Program-made: the position numbers and the translations under genes
Notes under the pieces: model-generated
Told to the model about the DNA's origin: nothing
What the model saw: only the letters and a program-made list of their open reading frames with translations
Database searches by the model: none
From: Octopus sinensis
Taxonomy: Eukaryota
Direction: 5' to 3'
Length of the DNA stretch: 64,000 nt
Assembly: GCF_006345805.1 (NCBI RefSeq)
Contig: NC_043026.1
Location: 6,572,001-6,636,000, forward strand
Shown here: positions 52,043 through 64,000 of the stretch, piece by piece
Numbering within the stretch: the first letter of the stretch is position 1
Layout of the letters: every line of letters starts with the position of its first letter

Positions 52043-52993
52043 CTGCAAAAAGTACAAAAAAAAATAACAACAACAATTATAATAATAATTATTTCTTTAC
52101 TACCCACAAGGGGCTAAACACAGAGGGGACAAACAAGGACAGACAAACGGATTAAGTCGATTATATCGACTCCAGTGCGTAACTGGTACTTATTTAATCG
52201 ACCCCGAAAATCCTTTCTGTTATGGGCACAAGGACTGAAATTTGTGGGCAGGATGTAAGTCGATCACATCGACCCCAGTATTTGACCGGTACTTAATTTC
52301 TTAACCCCAAAAGGATGAAAGGCAAAGTCGACCTTCGTGGGATTTGAACTCAGAACATAAAGACAGGTGAAATGCCACGAAGCATTTATCCCAGCGTGCT
52401 AACGGTTCTGCCAGCTTGCTACCTTAATCAATAACGATGACGATGGTTTCTTTTATTGACCACAAGGGCCCAAGACATAGAGGACAAGTTACAACACACA
52501 AAAAGGGGTGGTGGGTTTACATCAACCAAAGGAGGCACTGCCAGGTTAAAAGACATAACGAAGGATACATGATAGAAATTAGAGAAATAAATAATTAATA
52601 AATCATAATAATAACGATAATCGATTCTTTCATTGGCCACAATGAAACATGACCTTGCAGGTGGGGCCCAGTTAGAATTTTCTTCAGGTTGAGTAGCCCA
52701 TCCCGCTCAAAAAGTACCTGAATAAGGGTTGTTTAAGGATGTTGAACGAAACACCCAGGTTTCCAGAGGTGAATTATCCAAACCCCAAAGAATCCCTCTC
52801 AACACATGGCTATGATGCTCCCCCACTACTTCTGCTCGTGATCAGAGATGCACATATCGTCAGCCACCAAGGGACATGCTCAACTGGTTACGGTCAAACA
52901 ACTGACAAGCAAATCTGTGGTATTGAGCAGAATATTTGCTGTAGCCCATCTTTTATACCAATTATTATTATTATTATTGTTATTATTATCATT

Positions 52994-53028
<35 letters not shown>

Positions 53029-53050
53029 TGTTATTATTGTTATTATCATT

Positions 53051-53083
<33 letters not shown>

Positions 53084-53489
53084 GTTATTATTGTTATTAT
53101 TATCATTATTATCATTATTATTATTGTTATTATTGTTATTATCATTATTATTAATCTTTGTTATCAGTTATACTTTGAGTAAACTTGCACCTGGAAGATT
53201 CTTCCCACTTCGAAGTCCCTGACGACAAAATTAAAATAAATATATGCGCAACCATGCACGGATGCGTCTATCTGCATGCATATGCATGCGTGTGCGTTAT
53301 GTGGGGAGGGGAATGGTTTGTAGCGGTCAGAGGCGGAAACAGAGAGACAGGTGGCTAAGGAAACAGCTCCACCCCCTCCATGACCACCCCTCCTTTATGT
53401 GATAAGGTGAAGACATGGGAGAGAGACAGCTTGATCAGAAAAACCACTCACAGCCAAACAGGGAGATAGACATTACGCTATCATCCTGC

Positions 53490-53920
53490 GCCACCACCAC
53501 CACCACCACTACCACCACCACCATAACTGCTACTACTGCCACCATCACCCCCACCACTACCACCACTACCACCACCATAACTGCTACTACTGCCACCATC
53601 ACCCCCACTACTACTACCACCACCACCATAACTGCTACTACTGCCACCATCACCACTGCTACTACTACCACCATCACCCCCACTACTACTACCACCACCA
53701 CTATTACTACCACCACTGCTACTACTACCACCACCAATACTACTACTACTACCACCACCACCACCACTACTATTACTACCACCACCACCACCACCACTAC
53801 TACTACAACTACCACCACCACCACTACTACTACTACTACCACCACCACCACCACCACCACTACTACTACAACTACCACCACCATCACTACTACTACTACT
53901 ACCACCACCACCACCCTCAC
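53490..53920. repeat. (ACC/ACT)n trinucleotide array; a similar one lies at 35030-35310
   Basis: Seen directly; gives poly-Thr, poly-Val and poly-Gly pseudo-ORFs. Confidence 0.95.
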
Positions 53921-54555
53921 TGCTTGACATCCATCCAGGTCAAAATGAACTTCTGCTCCAAAGAGTAAATCCAGAATCTAGCAGGAAGGGGGGACAGGTG
54001 CAACACAGGTAAACAAACAATTATATTTGAAGAACCAAGGTAGAAAGACTTTGGTGAGATCATCCAATCAGTTAGAAATAGCAGCCACTGCATGGCACTT
54101 TGAGCAAGCGTCTTCTACTATAACATTGGGCCAACCAAATCCTTTTGAGTGGATTTGGTAGACAGAACTTAGCAGTTTGGCAAAACAGGCTGATAGAATA
54201 AGTAGTCATTAGACTGCAGCCATGCTGGAGCACCACCTTGAAGGGTTTCGGTTAAATTGACCCCTGGACCCATTCTTTATAAGCCTAGTACTTATTATAT
54301 CGGTCTCTTTTGCCAAACCGCTCAGTTATGGGGACACAAACACAGACACGAAGACACACGATCATACATACACATGTGTGTGTGTATGAATATGTGTGTG
54401 TGTGTGTGTATATATATATACATATATACATATACACAATGGGCTTCTTTCAGTTTCCTTCTACCAAATGCACTCACAAGGCTTTTGGCCTGAGGCTATA
54501 GTTGAAGACATTTACCCAAGGTACTATGCTTGTCTATGTGTGTGTGTGTGTGTGG

Positions 54556-54586
<31 letters not shown>

Positions 54587-54819
54587 GTGTGTGTATCATA
54601 CACACACACAGAGTTTGTTTTCAATTTATTCTCCCCAAAAGTTGTTTACAAAAACAAAATCCAAAACACATCAAATCAAGGTCAGGGAGGTCAAAATCAC
54701 TCCAACCATACCCACCCCTACAGATCCCCCTGCACTGACAACTCCTCCTCCTCCCACCATCTGTTGTGTCAATCTCTTCTTTAAGGCTATTAACCTGAAA
54801 GGTTATCTTTGCCATATAT

Positions 54820-55036
54820 GGAGATGTGTGCATGCATGCATGCACGTGTGTATGTATGTATTTATGTGTGTGTATCTATCTATTCATGTATGTATGTATG
54901 TGTATGTATGCATGTATGTATGCATGTATGTATGTATGTATGTATGTATGCATGTATGTATCTATCTATTCATGTATGTATGTATGTGTATGTATGTATA
55001 TCTGTGTGAATATACACATGTATGTATGCCTGTATA

Positions 55037-55072
<36 letters not shown>

Positions 55073-56525
55073 TGTGTGTGTATGTATGTGTGTGTATGTA
55101 TGTGTGTGTATGTATGTGTGTGTATGTATGTGTGTGTAGGTATGTGTGTGTATGTATGTGTGTGTATGTATGTGTGTGTAGGTATGTGTGTGTAGGTATG
55201 TGCGTGTATGTATGTGTGTGTATGTATGTGTGTGTATGTATGTGTGTGTAGGTATGTGCGTGTATGTATGTGTGTGTATGTATGTGTGTGTAGGTATGTG
55301 CGTGTATGTATGTGTGTGTATGTATGTGTGTGTAGGTATGTGTGTGTAGGTATGTGTGTGTAGGTATGTGTGTGTAGGTATGTGTGTGTATGTATGTGTG
55401 TGTAGGTATGTGTGTGTAGGTATGTGCGTGTATGTATGTGTGTGTAGGTATGTGCGTGTATGTATGTGTGTGTAGGTATGTGCGTGTAGGTATGTGTGTG
55501 TAGGTATGTGTGTGTAGGTATGTGTGTGTAGGTATGTGTGTGTAGGTATGTGTGTGTAGGTATGTGTGTGTATGTATGTGTGTGTATGTATGTGTGTGTA
55601 TGTATGTGTGTGTAGGTATGTGCGTGTAGGTATGTGTGTGTAATGTATGTGTGTGTAGGTATGTGTGTAGGTATGTGTGTGTAGGTATGTGTGTGTAGGT
55701 ATGGTGTGTAGGTATGTGTGTGTAGGTATGTGTGTGTAGTATGTGTGTGTATGTATGTGTGTGTATGTATGTTGTGTAGGTATGTGTGTGTGTAGGTATG
55801 TTTGTGTATGTATGTGTGTGTATGTATGTGTGTGTAGGTATGTGTGTGTATGTATGTGTGTGTAGGTATGTGGTGTAGGTATGTGTGTGTGTAGGTATGT
55901 GTGTGTAGTATGTGTGTGTATGTATGTGTGTGTAGGTATGTGCGTGTAGGTATGTGTGGTATGTATGTGTGTGTCTGTATGTGTGTGTATGTATGTGTGT
56001 ATGTATGTATGTGTGTGTAGGTATGTGTGTGTATGTATGTGTGTGTAGGTATGTGTGTGTATGTTATGTATGTATGTATGTATGTGTGTGTAGGTATTGT
56101 GTGTAGGTATGTGTGTGTAGGTATGTGTGTGTGTATGTATGTGTGTGTATGTATGGTGTGTATGTATGTGTGTGTGTAGGTATGTGTGTGTATGATGTGT
56201 GTGTAGGTATGTGTGTGTATGTATGTATGTATGTATGTATGTGTGTGTAGGTATGTGTGTGTAGGTATGTGTGTGTAGGTATGTGTGTGTAGGTATGTGT
56301 GTGTATGTACGTATATTTGTGTGAATATTCACATGTATGCCTGCATTTGTGCATGTATGTAAGTGTGTGTATTCATGTATGTCTAGATGTATGTGTGTGT
56401 ATGATGCGTGTATGTGTGTTATTGCATGTGTGTGTATGTATGCATGTGTGCATATGTATGTGCATGCATGTATGTATATGTATGTATATGCATATGTATG
56501 TATGCATGTATGTGTGTGTGCGTGT
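54820..56525. repeat. 1.7-kb compound GT/ATGT/AGGT micro- and minisatellite
   Basis: Dominant 12-mer gtatgtgtgtgt / aggtatgtgtgt. Confidence 0.95.
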
Positions 56526-57036
56526 TAGAACCCAAAGAGGCCACAAGAGTGTGTGTGAGTGTATCTGTGTTAAATTCCATTCCGGCCATGACCATCCCAT
56601 CTACTTAACAGTATCACTAATTACATTAACCATTACACATTTTCCTTTCCAACAACAAAAAGCCTTCACATATACAGCCAACAAAAAAAAAAGCGATTTA
56701 ACTGCTATTTCTAGCACGTTGAACGACCACATAGAAGCCAGCCCAGGTCACCAGCAGGTCACCGCTAGATGTCAGCTCTCCCATCATCACACAGAGAGAG
56801 CACAAGTGTATCTAGAACATGCCAGACATCCATCTATTTGAGGCAAGTCAGTCTGACTTTTAGCTGTCAAACCATTTGAGCTCTGATACACTAACTCACA
56901 ACAACCAAACCAGGGCCCCTTTATCATAGAGACTCCCTTGCTTCTACCCTCCCCTGATATGTGTGGGGCTTGAAAAGGGGGACAGATAAATTCCCAGGTT
57001 TAAAACAATAGGATTTTTTAAAAAGTGGGGGGGGGG

Positions 57037-58520
57037 TTCAATTAATTTTAAATATAACAAAGAATTTAGTAAAATAACTTCGTTATCATTAAGCTAGTGT
57101 TAGGAACATAAATTGTGACTAAGGTTTGGTGGAGAGATTTTAATTCAAAACTTATGAAAACAAGACATTTGTATTACAGTGCCAGATCTGGTATCAGCCA
57201 GGTTGGTATCGAAAGGGTTAAATTAATCATTTGTTAACCCTTTTGTTACCCTATTTCTGTTGAGATTCTGTGTTTCTTTCAATTAATTTTAAATATAACA
57301 AAGAATTTAGTAAAATAACTTCGTTATCGTTAAGCTAGTGTTAGGAACATAAATTGTGACTAAGGTTTGGTGGAAGAATTTAATTCAAAACTTATGAAAA
57401 CAAGACATTTGTATTACAGTGCCAGATCTGGTATCAGCCAGGTTGGTATCGAAAGGGTTAAATTAATCATTTGTTAACCCTTTTGTTACCCTATTTCTGT
57501 TGAGATTCTGTGTTTCTTTCAATTAATTTTAAATATAACAAAGAATTTAGTAAAATAACTTCGTTATCGTTAAGCTAGTGTTAGGAACATAAATTGTGAC
57601 TAAGGTTTGGTGGAAGAATTTAATTCAAAACTTATGAAAACAAGACATTTGTATTACAGTGCCAGATCTGGTATCAGCCAGGTTGTATCGAAAGGGTTAA
57701 ATTAATCATTTGTTAACCCTTTTGTTACCCTATTTCTGTTGAGATTCTGTGTTTCTTTCAATTAATTTTAAATATACAAAGAATTAGTAAAATAACTTCG
57801 TTATCGTTAAGCTAGTGTTAGGAACATAAATTGTGACTAAGGTTTGGTGGAAGAATTTAATTCAAAACTTATGAAAACAAGACATTTGTACTACAGAGCC
57901 AGAGGTGGTTTCATCCAGGTTGGTAACAAAAGGGTTAAACACACATCTACATTTGGGCAGATGCACATTAGAAGCAGTTGGAGGGGTGAGGATTGAAGGA
58001 AATTTAGGCTATTATTTCTAGCATATAGAGTGACCACATTGAGGTCTCCTTCTCTCATGTCTTCTGCTGATTATTTTTCTTCTTAACCCTTTTGTTACCC
58101 TATTTCTGTTGAGATGCTCTGTGTTTCTTTTAATTAATTTTAAATATAACAAAGAATTTAGTAAATTAACTTCGTTATCGTTAAGCTAGTGTTAGGAACA
58201 TAAATTGTGACTAAGGTTTGGTGGAAGAATTTAATTCAAAACTTATGAAAACAAGACATTTGTACTACAGAGCCAGAGGTGGTTTCATCCAGGTTGGTAA
58301 CAAAAGGGTTAAACACACATCTACATTTGGGCAGATGCACATTAGAAGCAGTTGGAGGGGTGAGGATTGAAGGAAATTTAGGCTATTATTTCTAGCATAT
58401 AGAGTGACCACATTGAGGTCTCCTTCTCTCATGTCTTCTGCTGATTATTTTTCTTCTTAACCCTTTTGTTACCATATTTCTGTTGAGATGCTCTGTGTCT
58501 CTTTCAATTCATTTTGAAAA
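57037..58520. repeat. Tandem array of the same piggyBac-like MITE (240-bp period, then an approximately 373-bp composite period)
   Basis: ttaaccctttt...aaagggttaa units at about 57238, 57478, 57717, 58087 and 58460; spacers are attaatcatttg or the 148-nt segment. Confidence 0.9.
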
Positions 58521-58855
58521 TGTTATAAATCCAATGCTTGGAGCATAAATTAACAATTCTGAGCAAAGGTTTTAATTTATTCTGTTGTGACATTTAATTT
58601 AGATCTCATTAAATCAAGAAGTTTGTATCCTAACACCCAGGGGTGGCCTCCTGCAGGTTCACATCAAAAGAATTAAATATAGGGCAGTTGTGTGTGTGTG
58701 TAAAAACACAAATATATTCTTTAATCTTTTACTTGTTTCACTCATCAGACTGTGGCCATGCTGGGGTACTGCCTGGAAGAATTTTAGTTGAATAAATCGA
58801 TTTGTGAATAAAAAGCCTTGTGGGTGGATTTGATGGAAACTGAAAGAAGCCCATC

Positions 58856-58896
<41 letters not shown>

Positions 58897-61879
58897 TATT
58901 CAAAATGTTTCCCCGTAAACAAATTTAAAAGAGGCGCAGGAGTGGCTGTGTGGTAAGTAGCTTGCTTACCAACCACACAGTTCTGGGTTCAGTCCCACTG
59001 CGTGGCACCTTGGGTAAGTGTCTTCTACTGTAGCCCCGGGCCGACCAATGCCTTGTGAGTGGATTTGGTAGACGGAAACTGAAAGAAGCCCGTCGTATAT
59101 ATGTATATGTATATATGCGTGTGTGTGTTTGTGTGTCTGTGTTTGTCCCCCTAGCATTGCTTGACAACCGATGCTGGTGTATTTATGTCCCCGTTACTTA
59201 GGGGTTCGGCAAAAGAGACCGATAGAATAAGTACTGGGCTTACAAAGAATAAGTTCCGGGTTCGATTTGTTTGACTAAAAAGGTGGTGCTCCAGCATGGC
59301 TGCAGTCAAATGACTGAAACAAGTAAAAGAGTAAAAGAGAGTAAAGAGATATAAATATGAGTAGATGGAAACTGAAAGAAGCTCATCATATATATATATA
59401 CACACACACATATATATGTGTGTGTCACTCTTCTTAAGTAGTACCCGCGAAAACCAGTTTTGAGAAATACTTAGACTTGAAACTAGGTTTTGGGAATTAT
59501 CGGTTTTTTGCGATCCCTAATACACACACACACACACTTTCCCCACCTCAGTTGCATACACCTAATCCCCACCCCACCGCATTATATATATATACGCCCT
59601 GGGTACATTAGATGATCTTCTTCAGCAGAGGTTTTCAAGAACAAACTACAAGACTGCTTCTCCTCCCTCTCTCTCTTCTCTCTCTCTTTCTCTCTGTGGC
59701 TCTCTCTCTCTCATGTATGTGTGTGTGTGTGTGTGCATGTGTCTGCATGCATGTGTATGTATATGCCTGTGCCTGTGTGTATGGATGTATTCCTTAAGTG
59801 TGTTTCTTCTGCGTGTGTGCATGTAGTAGAGATGAGGAATTAGAAAACAGAATAGAAAGAGAGGGAAGGAGTGTTGTTGAGAGAGAGAGAGAGAGTAGAG
59901 AGAGATAAGGAAGGGGAGGAATGGTTTAAGAAAGTGAGGGAGAGAGAAAGAGAGAGGGAGAGAGGTAAAGTGAAGCAGACAGAAGGGTAGGGAGGGGTGA
60001 TGGGAAGAGTGAGTGTTTTTACAGAAGAGACTGGGGGGAAGAAGAAGGAGAAGAATTGGAAGAAGAAAGAAGAAGCAGAGGAGGAAGGAAGAAGAAAGAA
60101 GAAGCAGAGGAGGAAGAAGAAGAAGAAGAAGAAAAAAGAAGAGGAGGAAGAAGCAGAAGAAAGAAGAGGAGGAGGAAGGAGAAGAAGAAGAAGAAGAAGA
60201 AGAAGAAGAAGAAGAAGGAAAGAGGAGAAGAAGGTGAAACGAAGGATGATGATAATGATGAAGATGGTGGTGAGGAGGAGAGACAAAGGAAATGGTCTGG
60301 TCTTGAAATATGTACTGTTAAAAGGTATTCTAGTAAGTTCTGTGGCATGAAAGGAAGATGGTTGGGAAAGGACAAGGGAGGATGGAGGCGAGACAAACAG
60401 ACAGACAAATAAATAAGTAAATAACGTTAATAATATTGAGGTGGGGGTGGTGTATGTGGTGGGGGTGGGGGAGTCTTGTTTGGCAAGAAACTTGATCTCT
60501 GTGTGTGTCTGTCTGTCTGTCTGTGTGTGTGTGTCTGTGTGAGAACAACAATTATGAAAGTAAGGCGTGGCTTTGAGGTAAGATGTTTGTTTTCCGACCA
60601 GATGGCTTTGGAGTTCAATCCCATCTCAAGGCACTTGGAGTGAACACTTAACTCTTCTATTGTAGCTGTGGGCTGACTAATGCCTTGTCAGTGGACTTGG
60701 AAACTAAAAGGAAGCCTGTTGTATGTATGTATGTATGTGTGTATAATGATACAGATAAACATGATTAAATTTTATATTCGTTGCCAGAGCGGCCAACTGG
60801 CTTCCGCACCAGTGGCACATAAAAGGCACCATTCGAGCGTGATCGTTACCAATGTCGCCTTACTGGCACCTGTGCCGGTGGCATATGTATAAAGATTCGA
60901 GCGTAGCCGTTGCTAGTACTGCCTGAAATATTAAATATACGATAAAAAATGATATACCCATGATTAAGTAATGTGCAAAATAATAAATAAATAAAATGTA
61001 TAAATTTGGTAGAATAACATATATATATATATATCATCATCATTTAACGTCTGCTTTCCATGCTAGCATGGGTTGGACAGTTTGATTGAGGTCTGGGAAG
61101 CCAGGGGCTGCACCAGGCTCCAATCTGATCTGGCAGTGTTTCTACAGCTGGATGCCCTTCCTAACGCCAACCACTCTGAGAGTACAGTGGGTGCTTTTTA
61201 CGTGCCACCAGCATGGGAGCCATTCATGGGGCACAAGCACCGACCACATTCAGGTGATGCTTTTAATGTGCCACCAGCATGGGAGAGAGTCAGGGGCACT
61301 GGAATCGACCACGTTTGGATGGTGCTTTTTACGTGTCACTGGCATGGGAGCCAGTCGAGGAGGGGCACTGGCATCGACCATGTTTGGATGGTGTTTTTTA
61401 CATGCGTCCGGTACATCTCTCAAGCGAAACTGTTTATCTACATCACTATCACTCTCTCTCTCATATATGGCTGTGTGGCAGTTAGTGCAGATGTGGTTGT
61501 GTGGCAAGAAGCTTGCTTCCCAACCACATTGTTCTGGATTCAGTCCCTCTGCGTGGCACCTAGGGCAAGTGTCTTCTACTATAAGCCTCAGGCCGACCAA
61601 AGCCTTGTCAGTGGATTTGGTAGACGGAAACTGAAAGAAGCCTGTCGTATATATGTATGTCAGTCCACCAGCGCTTGACAAACGATACTGGTGTGTTTAC
61701 ATCCTCGTAACTTAGCAGTTCGGTAAAAGTGCCCGATAGGATATGTACTAGACTTACAAAGAATAAGTCCTGGGTTCAATTTGTTCGACTAAAGGCGGTG
61801 CTCCAGCATGGCCGCAGTCAAATGACTAAAACAAGACTACACACACGCATCATATTTTCACACACACACACACACATAT

Positions 61880-62215
61880 TTACACGCGCACCCCCCCCCC
61901 CCCCCCCCGCGCGCGCGTGTACACCTCTTCTTTCAAAGTCAGGCAGGCAAAAAAGCGAGAGCGTCATTCAAAGCCGAGACGTAGACTGGAGGTGTGTGAG
62001 GAATGCTGCTTTCTGATTGGTCAGAATCCAATGAGCCAAACTTCGAAACAAGTTCACTTTCACCTTGTGTGTGTGTCTGGGTCAAGGTGCGTGGGCGCGC
62101 GAGTCCCCCCCAGACCCCGTTTTGCTTCTTGTTAAGTGTCTCACTTCGAAGAATTACAAATAAATGAGCCAAAGAGTTTCAAAACATTCGAAATATCGGC
62201 GGGGTGAGGACGGGA
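61880..62215. promoter_or_regulatory. Putative promoter-like region
   Basis: Locally CpG-rich unique sequence with two opposed CCAAT boxes (ctgattggtcag 62013-62024; ccaatgag 62028-62035) next to Mutator-type insertions. Confidence 0.35.
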
Positions 62216-62218
62216 GTA

Positions 62219-62531
62219 GGTACTACAAGCAAACAGTGGTCCCGGTGCGCGCACTCGCAAATTCTTTTTACACAAATTAAATATCTTTCGAACAAAGTAA
62301 ATAAAACGCAAAGTTTTCAGCGGTGGTGCTCCAGCATGGCCGCGGCCTTCGGGCTAAAACATTTTAAAGGATTTATAAGGATTTTAAGGATTTGAATAAT
62401 TTTTTAACCCTAACCCCTAGTTTGTTTATAAAAAAAAATTAATTTACTTAGTTGTAGGATCTTACGACTTACGACTAGCTAGCGCGGATGCGCGAGTGCG
62501 CGCACCGGGACCACTGTTCGCTAGTAGTACC
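62219..62531. mobile_element. Short member of the same Mutator-type family with a perfect 9-bp target-site duplication
   Basis: TIRs ggtactac...gtggtcccggtgcgcgcactcgc and gcgagtgcgcgcaccgggaccac...tagtagtacc; acgggagta at 62210-62218 and 62532-62540. Confidence 0.9.
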
Positions 62532-62931
62532 ACGGGAGTAATTTTAGTAAGAAAAAAAAAATTGAAGAAGTTTTAGAAATTTCCTTCTTTATTTTTTACA
62601 CTCGGATTATTTTACGTGGAATCCAAAACGAATTTTGTGAAAAATGTGAAAAACGAAAAAAAAAATAAAATAATGAAATTACAATGTCAAAGGCTAATTT
62701 TTTTAGCATAATTTCCATTTTCGAAAATGTCGAATCCCTTAAAGAAGAGAAAGAAAGGATTTTTTAAAAATCGAAAATGGTTTGGGGTGCCGGCAGAATT
62801 CTGTTTAACTCACGACATATAACCCCCTGATGACGTTTTCCTATTTCTTTGGAATTTTTAGAAACTTTTTGTGAATTTGTATACTAAATATGGTAAAGTT
62901 TTTTTTAATATTTCGAAAGTATAAATTTTTT

Positions 62932-63217
62932 GGCGATCATTCGTCTCTTGTAGACCTTTCCGTCGAATCCGTAAAAAACTCCTTTTTTTTTACATATGGG
63001 CTTGCGGTCTCCTACACCCCATTAAACACACACACACACATGTACATCAATGCTCCCATGCACGGTAACTTCAAAAGAACTTCCCTCGTCATACAATCGC
63101 TTTCTCTTAGTCTCTTTCGCTCTCATTACTTCAAAAGTTCCCGCAAGCCCATATGTAAAAGAAAAAAAATTTTTTACGGAAATCGACGGAAAGGTCTACT
63201 AGAGACGAAAGATTGCC
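62932..63217. mobile_element. MITE with approximately 75-bp TIRs, probably Mutator-like
   Basis: ggcgatcattcgtctcttgtagacctttccgtcg...acatatgggcttgcgg is the inverse of ccgcaagcccatatgt...cgacggaaaggtctactagagacgaaagattgcc; flanks aaatttttt and aattttttt (8/9 match). Confidence 0.75.
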
Positions 63218-64000
63218 AATTTTTTTTAATATTTCAAATTTTTAAAAAAATTAGTTTAAAATGCGGACAGTGCGAATTTTTGGCTTAAATCCCAGCAACG
63301 GACCATTATGGGAAGAAATATATTGAAGAACCATCTTTGCGTCAGACTGACAGACAACGAAGAGAATATGAGGTGGTCATGAGATGTGCTAAAAATAACA
63401 GCTAAATGCCCCTTAAATCACACAAAGAATTTTCTATGTTTTGGTTTTCGTATAGTCGTATAATTTCTCGAATGTAGAACACAAATCTGCAAACATTTTC
63501 TGAAAATTCCAAAAAATAAAAAAGTTATAAGGGGTTTATTATGGCATGCTTAAACGAGACTTCCGCCTGGGTGCATATTCCATAATACGTCCACCCATAA
63601 ACAAACTTGTTACCAGTTGAAAATATTGGAACCCGTAAGAAACCCATTCACCGTATTTTATCACCGAGAAAGTTTCTCTCTGTAGACAAATAGTTGTAAA
63701 CACACCCACGTTGGGCTACCACACAATTTCTTATTTCTTTATTGCCCACAAGGGGCTAATCATAGAGAGGACAAACAAGGATATACAAAGGGATTAAGTC
63801 GATTAGATCGACTCCAGTGCGTAACTGGTACTTAATTTATCGACTCCGAAAGGTTGAAAGGCAAAGTCGACCTCGGCGGAATTTGAACTCAGAACGTAGC
63901 GGCAGACGAAATACTGATACGCATTTCGCCCGGCGTGCTAACGATTCTGCCAGTTTGCCAATTTCTGTCTACCAAATTTAGGGCCGGGAGCTATAATAAA

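Noticed and set aside
53191-53485. Two short AG/GT-bounded segments upstream of FAH exon 2
   Set aside because: Neither encodes the NLPYGVFS motif or gives a plausible FAH N-terminus.
54671-54794. Possible terminal exon on the minus strand (LIALKKRLTQQMVGGGGVVSAGGSVGVGMVGVILTSLTLI*)
   Set aside because: Weak acceptor, no partner exons, no recognisable homology; would need RNA-seq support.
53415-56332. Long ORFs (170 aa poly-Thr, 456 aa His/Thr/Tyr-rich)
   Set aside because: Stop-free frames of ACC/ACT and GT-type microsatellites, with no codon or domain signal.
63614-63679. 66-nt AG/GT-bounded open segment on the minus strand (RETFSVIKYGEWVSYGFQYFQL)
   Set aside because: Does not resemble FAH exon 1 or any family I recognise; expected by chance at this length.

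Overview
Repeat-dense animal genomic DNA. The SINE families and microsatellite load resemble a coleoid cephalopod such as Octopus; this is my inference, not verified. One host gene is well supported: fumarylacetoacetase (FAH) on the minus strand. I read 12 GT-AG coding exons from 52042 down to the stop at 37726 (1179 nt, 392 codons plus stop). Their lengths match human FAH exons 2-14, except that human exons 7 and 8 are one 156-nt exon here. The ATG exon was not found in the window. The rest is mobile DNA and repeats: at least four SINE families; a LINE ORF1 with a CCHC knuckle, fragmented by later insertions; remnants of RTE, CR1, R4/Dong and Penelope elements; MITEs of hAT, mariner/Tc1, piggyBac and Mutator/foldback type; several tandem duplications; a higher-order tandem array; a perfect 99-bp-arm palindrome; and a 100-N gap. 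Almost all ORFs in the supplied track are microsatellite or SINE artefacts. I see no convincing novel multi-gene system; the most unusual observations are repeat architectures.
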